A DNA stretch of 64,000 nt from Candidatus Latescibacterota bacterium (lineage in GTDB: Bacteria; Latescibacterota; UBA2968; GCA-2709665), in contig OZ220733.1 in NCBI GenBank assembly GCA_965116875.1, positions 5,280,001 through 5,344,000 of the forward strand, in the 5' to 3' direction. The position numbers and the translations under genes are program-made. The notes below the pieces were generated by a model. It had not been told where the DNA came from, did not search any database, and saw nothing but the letters and a program-made list of their open reading frames with translations. Of this stretch, positions 19,558-30,267 are shown one piece after another; positions within the stretch are counted from its first letter, which is position 1; the number at the start of each line of letters is the position of its first letter.

Positions 19558-21984
19558 TCATTCATGACGCAGAACATCGGCCGGATTGGCGCGGCCGGCT
19601 TTCCCGGCCTGCCATCCAACGGTCAACAGCGCCAAACCTAGCACCACCGCTCCTGACAACGGGAACGTCCACCATCCGACTTCGACCCGATAGGCGAAGT
19701 TCCGCAGCCACCTTTCCGCGCCGAAATACGCGACCGGCCATGCAATGACGATGGCGATAATCACCAAGAACATGAAATCTCTGGATATTAGGGCAACAAC
19801 GGTGGAAACGGACGCACCGAGGACTTTTCGGATACCGATTTCTTTAGTGCGACGCTCCGCCGTGAAAGATGCGAGCCCGAGTAACCCGAGAAAGGCGACA
19901 AAGATCCCCAGTACCGAGAACGAACCGAATACCTTCATCAGTCGCGTCTCATTCTGGTATAACTGATCGAAATCAAAATAGGTGTCCAGAAAGGTATAAC
20001 GAAAATGCACCGAGAGCGCCAATTCAGCGGATTTCTCCCGCAGGAATGAGAGAGCGGCAGGAAGTGTACCGGGGCGCGATTTTATTACGAGATCTGGAGC
20101 ATGCCATACATATCCTGGATCCATATTAAGGCGTAACGCCAGTGGTACGATCTTGTGGTGCATCGACCGGATATGGAAATCTCGCACTATGCCCACGATG
20201 GTGCCGTTTGATTCCACGAGGTCTCCCCAATTCATGTGCACCTTTTGTCCGGTCGTGGTTCCAATACCCATGAGTCGCGCGGCAGATTCGTTCAATATGA
20301 CTCCGTCATAGGACCGGCTGGCGAAAATAGACCTGAAATTCTGCCCGGCGATCAGTTCGATTCCCAATGTCTCCAGGTAATCCTGATCGATATACATTGT
20401 CGAGATACTCGTCGGGTTGCTTACAGCTGCGTCCGTCAGTGTATACGTGCCTTCACTCCAAATGTCGTTCCCGGGCACATGAGTTGCAAGAGAAACGCTG
20501 AGGATATTCGGGTTGCGCTTCAGTTCGTTCTTTATTGTCCGAACGCGGCTCTCTACGGAACGCACGTCATCGTCGATACCCGGCGTATTGAGTACAACGA
20601 CGTCCCGCTTATCGAAGCCCAGACTCTTGTATCTGGTGAAATTCAACTGCCTTGTCACCACGACTGTTGCGCCGATCAGACCAATGGAGATTACAAATTG
20701 GAAGACGATAAGGCCCTTGCGAAATCCAGCGCTCCGGGGTGTAGCTCTTGAAAGATCCTTCATCATCACGATGGGACTGACATGCGAAAGGAAGAATGCC
20801 GGATAGCTCCCTGCCAGCATACCGACAGCCAGTGCGCCCACGCTTAGAATAAAAAGAAAACCTCCGCTGTAGCCGATCGCAAGGGACCTGTTCACAGCCG
20901 CATTCAGAACTGGCAGGAACATTTCCGCAAGCATTACGGCAGCAGCAAATGCAATTGCCGCAAATATAGCCGCTTCGCCCAGGAACTGCTGTATCAGTTG
21001 ACGGCGGTGCGCCCCCATGACTTTGCGCAGACCCGCTTCCCGTGCCCTGTTGGCTGAACGTGCGGTTGCCAGATTCATATAGTTCGCGCAGGCCATCAGC
21101 AGGATGAGAATTCCCATTGAACCAAACAGGTACAGTTCCTTGATATCGCGATTGGCGCCGAGTTCCCACTCCAGTTGAGAATGCAAGTGGATATCTGTGA
21201 GAGGCATAAGGCGGCATGGCATACTGGACATCCGGACGCGCGAGGCGGAATCGTCGCCTGCATCGTCTGGTGTGAACTGATGCGGCAGCCAGACGCTGAT
21301 TTTTTGTGCTAATTCACCAGGTAATGCCTTTTCTTCGAGGACCAGATAGGTGTACGCAATACCATGCTCCCAATCACCGGAAGAATAGGCTGCGTATGGC
21401 ACCAGTCCCTGGAAGGAAAAGTGGGAATGCCGCGGAAGTTCGCCAAGTACGCCCGTGACCTTCACCGTTCTCTCAGACGAGTAGCCTGCGTTTATCCTTA
21501 GTGCCTTACCCATGGCGTCCGCGTCTCCGAAATAGCGTTTTGCCATTTCCCTGGAAATCACGATCGCGTCCGGCGACGTCAGCGCGGTACCCGGGTCTCC
21601 CTGAACAAGTGAAAAGGAGAATACGTCGAAGAAATTCGAAGTCGCATAAAACAGTTCCTCTTCGAAAAACTCCAAGTCCCGATATGCCATCGGGGTACCT
21701 GCACTTGATACGCGTTTAATGCGGACAGCCTGTTCAATATCGGGAAAATCCGCAACGATCTTTGGACCGAGATGCGCAAAAGTCGATGCATTGTTCCACG
21801 TCGAAAACCTGTAAATTCGCTGGGCGTGTTCGTGAAACCGGTCGTATCGCAGTTCATCCTCTATCAGTAACCCGATCATCAGGCAACACGCGATCCCAAC
21901 CGCCAGCCCGGCAAGATTGATTGTCGAGTAGAGCTTGTTGCGACGCATATTGCGGATGGTGACGAGAAGCACGTTTCGGAACAT
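19558..21984 (-). CDS. ABC transporter permease, FtsX/MacB type (paralogue B)
   Basis: Highly similar to paralogue A along its length. Confidence 0.92.
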   Translation of the reverse strand: MFRNVLLVTIRNMRRNKLYSTINLAGLAVGIACCLMIGLLIEDELRYDRFHEHAQRIYRFSTWNNASTFAHLGPKIVADFPDIEQAVRIKRVSSAGTPMAYRDLEFFEEELFYATSNFFDVFSFSLVQGDPGTALTSPDAIVISREMAKRYFGDADAMGKALRINAGYSSERTVKVTGVLGELPRHSHFSFQGLVPYAAYSSGDWEHGIAYTYLVLEEKALPGELAQKISVWLPHQFTPDDAGDDSASRVRMSSMPCRLMPLTDIHLHSQLEWELGANRDIKELYLFGSMGILILLMACANYMNLATARSANRAREAGLRKVMGAHRRQLIQQFLGEAAIFAAIAFAAAVMLAEMFLPVLNAAVNRSLAIGYSGGFLFILSVGALAVGMLAGSYPAFFLSHVSPIVMMKDLSRATPRSAGFRKGLIVFQFVISIGLIGATVVVTRQLNFTRYKSLGFDKRDVVVLNTPGIDDDVRSVESRVRTIKNELKRNPNILSVSLATHVPGNDIWSEGTYTLTDAAVSNPTSISTMYIDQDYLETLGIELIAGQNFRSIFASRSYDGVILNESAARLMGIGTTTGQKVHMNWGDLVESNGTIVGIVRDFHIRSMHHKIVPLALRLNMDPGYVWHAPDLVIKSRPGTLPAALSFLREKSAELALSVHFRYTFLDTYFDFDQLYQNETRLMKVFGSFSVLGIFVAFLGLLGLASFTAERRTKEIGIRKVLGASVSTVVALISRDFMFLVIIAIVIAWPVAYFGAERWLRNFAYRVEVGWWTFPLSGAVVLGLALLTVGWQAGKAGRANPADVLRHE

Positions 21985-22062
21985 GAAATGCGTCCCTGAT
22001 GCATCTGCATACCAGACAGAGGAATGACAGATTCGGTTGACGACAGATTATACCAGCATAGA

Positions 22063-22182
22063 TCAATAATCGTGCCAAAATTGCATATGCATATTTTTCA
22101 AGGAGTTATATAAAACCGGTAAGAAGTGGAAACCGCCGGATAGTGTCCGTTTTTGATACAGTAATGTTCGAAATCGGACACT
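22063..22182 (-). promoter_or_regulatory. Sigma-54-type promoter with upstream enhancer, copy 2
   Basis: TGGCACGATTATTGA at 22063-22077; agtgtccgtttttgatacag..tgttcgaaatcggacact. Confidence 0.7.
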
Positions 22183-22641
22183 GATATGGCTCGGTTGGTT
22201 CTGTAGAGTCGGATATTCTCCCGCGGGAATCCCGTCAATGGGCACTGGTGGATCTATGGCACTTGTAAGGCTTGTTCAGGCGATCTGTTTAGAAAGTGAA
22301 CCCGATTCGGGCATTTTCGACTTGCCGTAAAGTCGAGCCAATGAGGACCACGAGCAAGTGAAACCGGGATGTGTTTTCGCTACGCTTTGGGGTGTTTGTT
22401 CGCGCAACCAGACTGATGGATTGCCGCCGTCAACGGGGATACTGGGAGCGCCGCCAATACCGATCATCGGGGCTGGACGGGCGCAGCGTTCATGACTGAG
22501 AACCTGGGAAGTTCAAGATCGATTCGCAGGCTTCCAATGGAATCAGCGTCTCCAGATAACAAGGTCACAGAGACCCTTGCTCAGGCGGCTGTGGACGATC
22601 AAATTCTCAGACTCGGGAATCCGGATGCTGCGAGGCAGATG

Positions 22642-24762
22642 CTATTGCCCCTCTTTCAGGTATTGATTGAACCAGTCGAGCACGCTCTTGTAATAGTCCC
22701 TGGTATCCTCAGCCGACCAATCAGTCATAAGATGGCTTTCGCGCTTATATTCACGCATCTCCACTCGTTTGCCGAGTCGCCTGAGACCGAGGTATGTCTC
22801 ACGTGCACCCGCCCATCCTGGCACATCATGGGTCCCGCATATAACCAACACCGGCGCTTCAACATGTTCGAAAGCGAAAAGCGGCGAGTTTTCGATATAG
22901 GCATCTCGTTTCTCCCAGAGATTTCCACCATTTCGAGCCTGCCGGCCCTCGCACCACCGCATTCCATAATCATCGACAACATAGCTGCTGGTCATGTTGA
23001 TTCCAAACGGCGCATTGGCAACCGCAGCGCGGAAGGCCTTCGTGTGAGTAACCAACGCCATGACGCCATAACCACCATAGCTGTGTCCCCAGACACCGAT
23101 TCGATCGTTGTCGGCAATACCCATTTCTATGGCGCGATTAACCGCGGGTAGTGTTACCCGCACGATTTGATCAATCGGGTTTTTGTCCTCCATAATCGAG
23201 TCCGGATACAGTGCAGCATAGCCGGTGCTGGTAAGTAACTGCGCTTCCGAGAGAAGCCTATTACTGTTTGAAAGATCACTCCCGGGATAGATAGTAACAA
23301 CCATGGGCAGACGGTCTCCCTCCAGAGTGTCATCGGGCAGGAAAAGAGCCGCTTTCTGGATACGACCATTCGCGTCCTTGAACTCTATGGTCTTGCGAAC
23401 CGGTTGAGCCACATCGCGACGCCAGGGATTGGTCTCGTGTAGTGTCGTTGCCTCTCCACTGTCGAGAGCGTACGCATGTACCATATCGTCAAGTTCGACT
23501 TTCCCACGCGCAAAAACGAACCGTTCGGATGCAACCAGAGTGAACTCATCAGGGCTTGAAAGTTGCGCGGGACAAACCCTTGTCGTCTCGCCTGAAATAG
23601 AGTGGATGCGGACGATGTATTTCGAGTTTTCGCGTGTGTCAGTCGCATGGGCAAGAATATCGCCGGGATCATCCGTATGTAGGACTGATTCTCCGTACCG
23701 TTGTGCAATCGCATTTATTCTCAGATGATTGCCAGTCGAATCCTGGGAGAGTTGACAGTTCCGACCGTCCTCAATGGACAGGTGATACAAACTTCCTTCT
23801 TGAAGCCACATAATGCGCCTGCCATCATCGGTCCACCACGGCATTTGACGGTTACCCAGGTACGAGGTGAATTCTGTCACCTTTTCAGGCTCAGTTGATC
23901 CGTCCGCAGGTGCAAGATAGAGGTATAGAGGTTCTCCCTCGTTTCCACCGGTGACATAGGAAATCGTCTGGCAATCGGGCGACCACGAGAAACGGCAGGC
24001 ATAAGTGTTGACCCGTACGTTCCTCGCGACCGTAAAAGGTTCGCTACCATCAAACGGGACGACATTCACATCGGCAATAACGTGGGTACGGTCCACGGGA
24101 GATGTAATTCGATTGAGAAACGCGACGGCTTGCCCATCAGGAGCCATACGCAGGGTACCCGGGCTGAGACCGGCCGCAAACGCCTTGACAACGCCTGTTT
24201 CTACCTCCAAGACGCCGACGCACTCATCACTATCGGGCCGCTCAAGGAATGGGCTATATTGATCTGAGACTGCCCTCCCCGGAGTGTAAGACCGCACAAT
24301 GATGTCGGGGGATGCAGGAGCGTCACGAGCATTCGGGACCAGCGGCACAATGATCCGGCGACCGTCGGGAGTCCATTGAGGAACGTCAAAGTTGAAAATC
24401 CGGGGAATCATAGCGTTGGCTACAATAGACACTTCGCGTGTCTGTCTTTTCCATAATCCTACACAGGTGTGAGCATCCTGTGCAACGACGTATGCGGCAA
24501 GCGCTTGTCCATCTGGAGACCATCGCCCTGCATAGCTCATTCGCAGATCGGAAAACGGCTCCATGGACTCACCTGTCTCAACGTCGATCAGGACAACGTG
24601 TGCGCCGTTTGCCTGACTATTGCTGGTAATGTGTGGTACACGACGCTTCCCTTGACCGAGTGTTACCGCAAGCAACCCGCCATCAGGCGAGATATCCCAT
24701 GGGCAACGATGGGTAAACTGGGAGACATTAAGCAGGTCATCGACGGTAAATGGCCGCGGCAT
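22642..24762 (-). CDS. S9 prolyl oligopeptidase-family peptidase
   Basis: WSPDG/WTPDG propeller repeats; GVWGHSYGG nucleophile elbow. Confidence 0.9.
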   Translation of the reverse strand: MPRPFTVDDLLNVSQFTHRCPWDISPDGGLLAVTLGQGKRRVPHITSNSQANGAHVVLIDVETGESMEPFSDLRMSYAGRWSPDGQALAAYVVAQDAHTCVGLWKRQTREVSIVANAMIPRIFNFDVPQWTPDGRRIIVPLVPNARDAPASPDIIVRSYTPGRAVSDQYSPFLERPDSDECVGVLEVETGVVKAFAAGLSPGTLRMAPDGQAVAFLNRITSPVDRTHVIADVNVVPFDGSEPFTVARNVRVNTYACRFSWSPDCQTISYVTGGNEGEPLYLYLAPADGSTEPEKVTEFTSYLGNRQMPWWTDDGRRIMWLQEGSLYHLSIEDGRNCQLSQDSTGNHLRINAIAQRYGESVLHTDDPGDILAHATDTRENSKYIVRIHSISGETTRVCPAQLSSPDEFTLVASERFVFARGKVELDDMVHAYALDSGEATTLHETNPWRRDVAQPVRKTIEFKDANGRIQKAALFLPDDTLEGDRLPMVVTIYPGSDLSNSNRLLSEAQLLTSTGYAALYPDSIMEDKNPIDQIVRVTLPAVNRAIEMGIADNDRIGVWGHSYGGYGVMALVTHTKAFRAAVANAPFGINMTSSYVVDDYGMRWCEGRQARNGGNLWEKRDAYIENSPLFAFEHVEAPVLVICGTHDVPGWAGARETYLGLRRLGKRVEMREYKRESHLMTDWSAEDTRDYYKSVLDWFNQYLKEGQ

Positions 24763-24845
24763 ATTTGACTCTCCATGGGCTTACTGCTGTTGGTACTCGT
24801 TCAGGAAAACCAATCGATTGGATTCTGATATTACCAAATCAGCCA

Positions 24846-25097
24846 CTATGACAGCGCATCTCTGAATGTCTACGCCACGGTGGAGAGGATATCGTGCCAC
24901 AACCTGCGTCCCAATTCAGCATTCGCTTTGGACGCATCGCCCAGGACGCCGTTGTCCGTTTATTTTGTGAAGTCAAATCTCGGATCATACCAATAGATTT
25001 CCCGGGAATTGTTCCGATCGAACGCATTGTCCTCGTAGCCCACCAAAACGGAAACATACCGCAGGTCCGGAATCAACAGGCCGGGAAACTCCGAACA
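24846..25097 (-). pseudogene. Creatininase-family C-terminal fragment with internal stops
   Basis: Manual translation ...FDFTK*TDNGVLGDASKANAELGRRLWHDILSTVA*. Confidence 0.5.
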
Positions 25098-25138
25098 CTT
25101 GACTCATCGGATGACGGATTGCCCCATCAGTGATCCTA

Positions 25139-25257
25139 TCAAAGACCGTGCCAAATGTACATGTCACGGTTTATCAGTCAGTTATTGCAAGAGGGAAATC
25201 GCCGGAGTGTCTGGATAGTGTCCGTTTTTGATACAGAATTGTTCGAAAACGGACACT
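25139..25257 (-). promoter_or_regulatory. Sigma-54-type promoter with upstream enhancer, copy 3
   Basis: TGGCACGGTCTTTGA at 25139-25153; agtgtccgtttttgatacagaattgttcgaaaacggacact. Confidence 0.7.
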
Positions 25258-25428
25258 ATGTAGTAACCAGGAGGGCTTGATGGATGTAGGAATCCGGTTA
25301 CGCATCAGCTTGCTATCGACGAATTCAGATGATGGGGTTCAACGAGGTCGATAAGACGAATCGCGCGTCGTGTCGAGTGTCGCCAGGTTGCGACTTCAGA
25401 TGTCACAGACGGAACGCGGGACCAACTG

Positions 25429-25594
25429 CAATCTGCCCGCTATCACGACATGATCCACCCGTAACCGGAGCGAGGGCATCCTGCCCTCGAACACCGCGGC
25501 ACCTACCGCTATTCGCGTGGAGGGCAGGATGCCCTCGCTCCGGGGAACGCCACCCACACTGGTCCCAAATCGATTCCTGTTTTGCACAGCCGTG
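25429..25594 (+). mobile_element. MITE-B/REPIN-like element, copy 1
   Basis: Inverted pair ggagcgagggcatcctgccctc / gagggcaggatgccctcgctcc; flanks homologous to 57440-57678. Confidence 0.7.
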
Positions 25595-25742
25595 GCCAGA
25601 AGAAGGTGACCTGCATTGACACTACGAAACGACTTTCAGGAAAACCGGGTACTTACGTATCCAGGACCGTCCTTTCCAAACTATCTTGCACAGCAATGAT
25701 CCTGTCTATCCTGATTATCCATGTAAGTTGCTTCTTGAGGAT

Positions 25743-26846
25743 TTATGCCAGACCAAGGTCCTCATAGATGGCGCTGTTCGTCTCTCTGTTGCGAATCTGA
25801 TGGGCTCCTTCTCCGGGTGTGCCGTTGAAAATGCACACGACAACCAGGCCCGCGTCCGGATCCACGAAGGCGATGGACGACTGATAACCTGCATTGCCGA
25901 ACGTGCGCGGAGAGGCGTATCGCCCGAACCCGTAGGGAACCGACTCTTTGCCGTAGTTGTTCGAGTTGAGATAGAATCCCAGCCCCATATCCACAATATG
26001 ACCCAGGATCTCGTCCTTCATGCCGGTCCGATGGCGGGCGGTAATCGCTTCAACGGTCTGGGGAAGAAGTACCCGTTTCCCGTTGAACCGGCCCTTTTCG
26101 AGCAGCATCTCGTAGAAGCGGCCCAGTTCCCTGGCCGGTCCTCTGCCGCTGCCACCCGGCACGCATTGACCGATCGTACGCTCCAGACCCACGCTGTAGT
26201 GCGACGGCTCCGGCGTTCCGGCTGCGGTGTTGTACATCAATCCGATCCGGTCCTTCCTCGCCTGATACGTCGATGAATCCATCGAGAGGCTGCAGCCGGG
26301 CATGTCGAGCGGATCGAAAATCCCCTGATGGACGTAGCTGTCGAAGGCCATGCCGCTCTTGCGCGAAACGACGTCGGCAAGGACGAACCAGGCATTCGCC
26401 ACGTCATATCGCGCACGCCGGCCCGGCGCCCAGTTGTCCCGTAAGGGCGCATCGCAAATTCCGGCGACGATTTCTTCCCACGAAGATTCGGACCACGCGA
26501 CGTCGACCGGACCGATCCCGGCAGTATGCGTCAACAGATGGCGAAACGTCAGACAGGCTTTCCCGCCGGCACCGAATTCCGGCAGGTGGGCACACACGGG
26601 ATCGTCAATTTCGATCAGGCCTTTCTCCCAAATCCGGGCGACGGCAACCGCGGTGACGCCCTTCGTCAATGACATCCAGACCGTCATCGTGTCACTCGTC
26701 ATCGCCATGGTCGTCGTCGCATTCCCGACAGCCACGTCCGCGACGGTCCTTCCCGCGACGGACACGTAGAGCTGAGCCCCCAGATGACGTCCGTCTTCGA
26801 CGCCTGCATGAATCAGATCGACGGTCCGTGTCAGCGTCATATCCAT
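25743..26846 (-). CDS. Serine hydrolase, beta-lactamase-related
   Basis: SLTK (SxxK), RHLLTHTAG, PRTFGNAG. Confidence 0.88.
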   Translation of the reverse strand: MDMTLTRTVDLIHAGVEDGRHLGAQLYVSVAGRTVADVAVGNATTTMAMTSDTMTVWMSLTKGVTAVAVARIWEKGLIEIDDPVCAHLPEFGAGGKACLTFRHLLTHTAGIGPVDVAWSESSWEEIVAGICDAPLRDNWAPGRRARYDVANAWFVLADVVSRKSGMAFDSYVHQGIFDPLDMPGCSLSMDSSTYQARKDRIGLMYNTAAGTPEPSHYSVGLERTIGQCVPGGSGRGPARELGRFYEMLLEKGRFNGKRVLLPQTVEAITARHRTGMKDEILGHIVDMGLGFYLNSNNYGKESVPYGFGRYASPRTFGNAGYQSSIAFVDPDAGLVVVCIFNGTPGEGAHQIRNRETNSAIYEDLGLA

Positions 26847-26877
26847 CGGCCCTCCATGATCCGAGTGCACCGGATCC

Positions 26878-28779
26878 TCACCTGTGCAGGTCCGCGTCCT
26901 CCACGGCCTCGTAGACAACGCCACCCTCGACGTTGCGCGGCATCGGCGCGCCGGTGAGGTAGCAGACCGTGGGCGCCACGTCGATCACGCGCACCTGCCG
27001 CTCGAGGCGTCCCGCCTGGCGCACACCCGCGCCCGCGGCGATGAAGGTCGAGTGCTGGCCGGCCATCCCGAACGCCACCGAGGGCAGCTGCTTGCCGTGG
27101 GCGCCGTCGAACTCCGGGCGCAGGGCATAGACCACGTCGCCCACGCGGTCGGACCACAGGTTCACCATCTCCGCGTCCTCGTGCGTGACGGCCAGCGCGA
27201 AGGTCCGCCGACCCGTGGCCGGATCCTTGTAGTCGTACAGCGCCTGGATGATATCCTGGCAGACGGCGTCGTAGTCCGCTGGATCGACGATGCCTCCGGG
27301 CTCCCGCCCCTTCAGGTTCACGAAGATGTGCACCAGGCCCACGTCCGCCGCGCGAGTGCGCGTCCAGTCGATGCGGCGGTTGGGGCCGCTGCCCGTGTAC
27401 TTCAGAAAACCCGCCTGCTCCAGGACGGCGGCGACGTTGACCACGGTGTGCTGCTGGGAGGTGCCGCCGTGATCGGACACCACGAAGAAGGCGGTATCGT
27501 CACCGGCGAGTTCGCGCAGGCGTCCGATCCAGCGGTCGATGGAGGCGTAGGTGCGCTCCACACCTTCTCGGCAGCGCCGATGCACCTCCGGCGGCGCACC
27601 GGAGTGGGGGTCGGCGGCGCGGAGGAAGAAATGGCTGGTGTAGTCCGAGGCGTGGGTCTCCGTCATCAGCAGGTCCCAGTCCCGGGAGCCGGCGAGGTAT
27701 TCCGCTACGTCAGCCAGCCGCTGGTGATGGAACTCCAGCAGTTCGAAATAGGTGTCGTCGTCGATCAGACCCAGGGCGTCGCGAGCCGGATTCTGGAGGA
27801 AGTTGCCCACGTTCCGGTCGATCTCATCGGCTACGGATGCGGGCTTCGTATAGCCTTCGGGCGGCCAGATCTGGGGGATGAAGAGCTCGAAGGCATCGGC
27901 CTCGGGCGTCAGCGTGATCAGCTTGGCCCGCACGTACCCGCTCACCGTTGTGCCGTCGATCTCGAATCCGTCCAGCCACCAATCGCTCCACGCCCCCACC
28001 CCCAGGTCGGCCAGCGGCTTTGATGCGTTCTTCGACCGGCAGAGGCGCACCCGGTCGTACCCACCGGCGCCGCTCGCGTAGATCAGGGCATGAAGCGGCA
28101 CGGGGACGCCCTCCACGCCCCGTTTCATGCCTTCGCGGCCCCTGGCCAGGGGCTGGATGGTGAGGACGGTCTCCTTCGGCGGCCGGGTTGAATCGGGCGC
28201 TCCGGTCCATCCTCCGGCGTCTGACAGCGTCACGGGGTCGAACTCGCGCACTCCCTGCAAGGCGCTCGGATCCAGGGTCTCTGGGTCGCGCTGGGCTTCC
28301 AGCCGCCGCGGCGCCCATTTGCCGGCCACGAACAGGTGATAGCCGGCCACCTGGTGGTGGTTGGAGACGCCGGGACCCGTGCCTTCCACCTGCACCCCCG
28401 AGCGCACCGTGGGCGGCCAGGACATCTCCCACTTCACGAGGATCGGCGTCCGGCCGCCGCGTTCGAACGCATTCCAGATGTACTCCGAACGCGAAAGGGA
28501 GGTGTCGATTCCCCACAGGGTGCGGTCCAGGGGCTGGCCCACGTGGCGGATATTGAAATCCAGAATCCCGTGGGTGCCCGGCCACGAGCCGGTGGAGAGG
28601 GCCGTCCATCCCGGCGGGGTGAGCGTGGGAAAGACGCCGACCATGGGCCGCCAGACGCCCGCCTCCATCAGGGCGCGCACGTTGGGCATGTGGCCGGCAT
28701 CGGCCATGTTCTTCACCAGTTCCATACTGGCGCCGTCCATACCGGCGACAATGGCGCGCCGGGCGGGGGCTTTACTCAT
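26878..28779 (-). CDS. Alkaline phosphatase superfamily / type I phosphodiesterase
   Basis: GMDGA, PTLTPPGW, VVSDHG, IDVAPT. Confidence 0.88.
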   Translation of the reverse strand: MSKAPARRAIVAGMDGASMELVKNMADAGHMPNVRALMEAGVWRPMVGVFPTLTPPGWTALSTGSWPGTHGILDFNIRHVGQPLDRTLWGIDTSLSRSEYIWNAFERGGRTPILVKWEMSWPPTVRSGVQVEGTGPGVSNHHQVAGYHLFVAGKWAPRRLEAQRDPETLDPSALQGVREFDPVTLSDAGGWTGAPDSTRPPKETVLTIQPLARGREGMKRGVEGVPVPLHALIYASGAGGYDRVRLCRSKNASKPLADLGVGAWSDWWLDGFEIDGTTVSGYVRAKLITLTPEADAFELFIPQIWPPEGYTKPASVADEIDRNVGNFLQNPARDALGLIDDDTYFELLEFHHQRLADVAEYLAGSRDWDLLMTETHASDYTSHFFLRAADPHSGAPPEVHRRCREGVERTYASIDRWIGRLRELAGDDTAFFVVSDHGGTSQQHTVVNVAAVLEQAGFLKYTGSGPNRRIDWTRTRAADVGLVHIFVNLKGREPGGIVDPADYDAVCQDIIQALYDYKDPATGRRTFALAVTHEDAEMVNLWSDRVGDVVYALRPEFDGAHGKQLPSVAFGMAGQHSTFIAAGAGVRQAGRLERQVRVIDVAPTVCYLTGAPMPRNVEGGVVYEAVEDADLHR

Positions 28780-29180
28780 AGCAAATCTCCTGTGGTCACA
28801 ACTGTTCAAAAACGGGTGTGGTTAACCTCAATTCGAAAAAGACAACGGTCGAATTGGCCACAAAAAGCTCGAATGCGGGTAGAGGTTAGACGGGAGACCA
28901 AAAGCGGTGAGACGGGAGCCGGTAGACGGTAGAAGGAATACTTGCCCGCTCTTTAGTTCCATATTGCCTCCGGCACGAAAGGAAATCCCACAAGGCTGGC
29001 AATCTCTACCCTCTCCCGTCTAACGTCTAACCCGGTGGTCGGGCGGGCGGAGGGAAATGTCCCGTTCACGTCCAGTGATTACGAATGTCACGAAATTACG
29101 CGAAATAAACGGCTGGCAAAGAGGGCAGACAGGAATGTCCGCCTCACCCTCAAACCGGTTTCCTCAATGGGTCGGGTGCT

Positions 29181-30251
29181 CTATGGAAGGCGTGGAATGA
29201 CTTCCTTCGCCATCAACTCCATCGAGCGCTTCATGATCGCCTTGTCGTCCCAGTCGTGGCCGATCATCAATACCGTGCCGAAGCCTCCCGTGACGTCGTA
29301 CAGCTCCCGTAGCTTTCCGGTCACCGTGTCGGGACTGCCGACGATGGCGATCTCGTCGATGAAATAGTCGCGGGTGAGGTCCGCGTCGGACATCCCCGGA
29401 TCCATCTTCGGCAGGTCCAGCATATTGGCGCCCTCGAGCATGCCGCGAAGATACATCAGGGAGTCGGCGAAGGCGCCTTTGAGTGCGTGTTCCCGCGCCT
29501 GCGCGTCCGTCTCGCCCACGCAGATGCTGCGTGAAATTCGCCAGTCGCGCCGGTCCGGTCCCGGACGCCCCCCTTCCGCGGCCCCCTCGCGGTACATCTC
29601 CCAATGCCGTTTCACTTTGTGCGCGGGCGCCATGTTGATGCTGATGGGCAGGAACCCGCGCCTGCCACCCGTGGTGGCCGCCATGGATTCCTCCCTTACA
29701 ATGCTCATGGCAATGGGCGGATGCGGCTTCTGATAGGGCTTCAACACCTCCCCCAACCCGAGTTCCGGGACTTTCTCCGCCAGCGTGACGTTCCAGAAAT
29801 CCCCCCTGAACTCGAACGGACCGTCTTCCGTCCACAGCTTCAGGACGATGTCCATCGCCTCCAGGTTCATCAGCCCCTGGGTGCGCGGGTCCGGCAGGTC
29901 GAACAGCGGCCAGTCCGTGGGCACGCCCCCCTGCCCGAAACCGACGTTGATGCGCCCTTTGGACAGGTGATCGAGATAGGCCAGGCGGACCGCCACGTTC
30001 GCCGGGTGATGCTGGGTCATGATGGTGACGCCCGTGCCCAGACGGATCCGCTCCGTCTGAGGCAGGACGTGGGCGATGAACACGTCGTTGGCGGGAATCG
30101 GCTCCCACATTGCGGTGTGGTGCTGGCCGATCCAGGCTTCGGTGAACCCGAGTTCCTCGGCCCACAACACGCACTCGACGTCCTCTTCGAACGTCTGCGT
30201 ACGGTTCTTCTGCGGCGGATGCAGCGGCATCATGAACTTTCCGACTTTCAT
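29181..30251 (-). CDS. LLM-class flavin-dependent oxidoreductase
   Basis: AEELGFTEAWIGQHH, LDHLSKGR, PYQKPHPPI, IVGSPDTV. Confidence 0.92.
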   Translation of the reverse strand: MKVGKFMMPLHPPQKNRTQTFEEDVECVLWAEELGFTEAWIGQHHTAMWEPIPANDVFIAHVLPQTERIRLGTGVTIMTQHHPANVAVRLAYLDHLSKGRINVGFGQGGVPTDWPLFDLPDPRTQGLMNLEAMDIVLKLWTEDGPFEFRGDFWNVTLAEKVPELGLGEVLKPYQKPHPPIAMSIVREESMAATTGGRRGFLPISINMAPAHKVKRHWEMYREGAAEGGRPGPDRRDWRISRSICVGETDAQAREHALKGAFADSLMYLRGMLEGANMLDLPKMDPGMSDADLTRDYFIDEIAIVGSPDTVTGKLRELYDVTGGFGTVLMIGHDWDDKAIMKRSMELMAKEVIPRLP

Positions 30252-30267
30252 TTTTTGCTCTCCCAGA

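Noticed and set aside
24886-24899. Fourth TGGCACG sigma-54-like site
   Set aside because: No -12 TTG and it lies inside the gene relic
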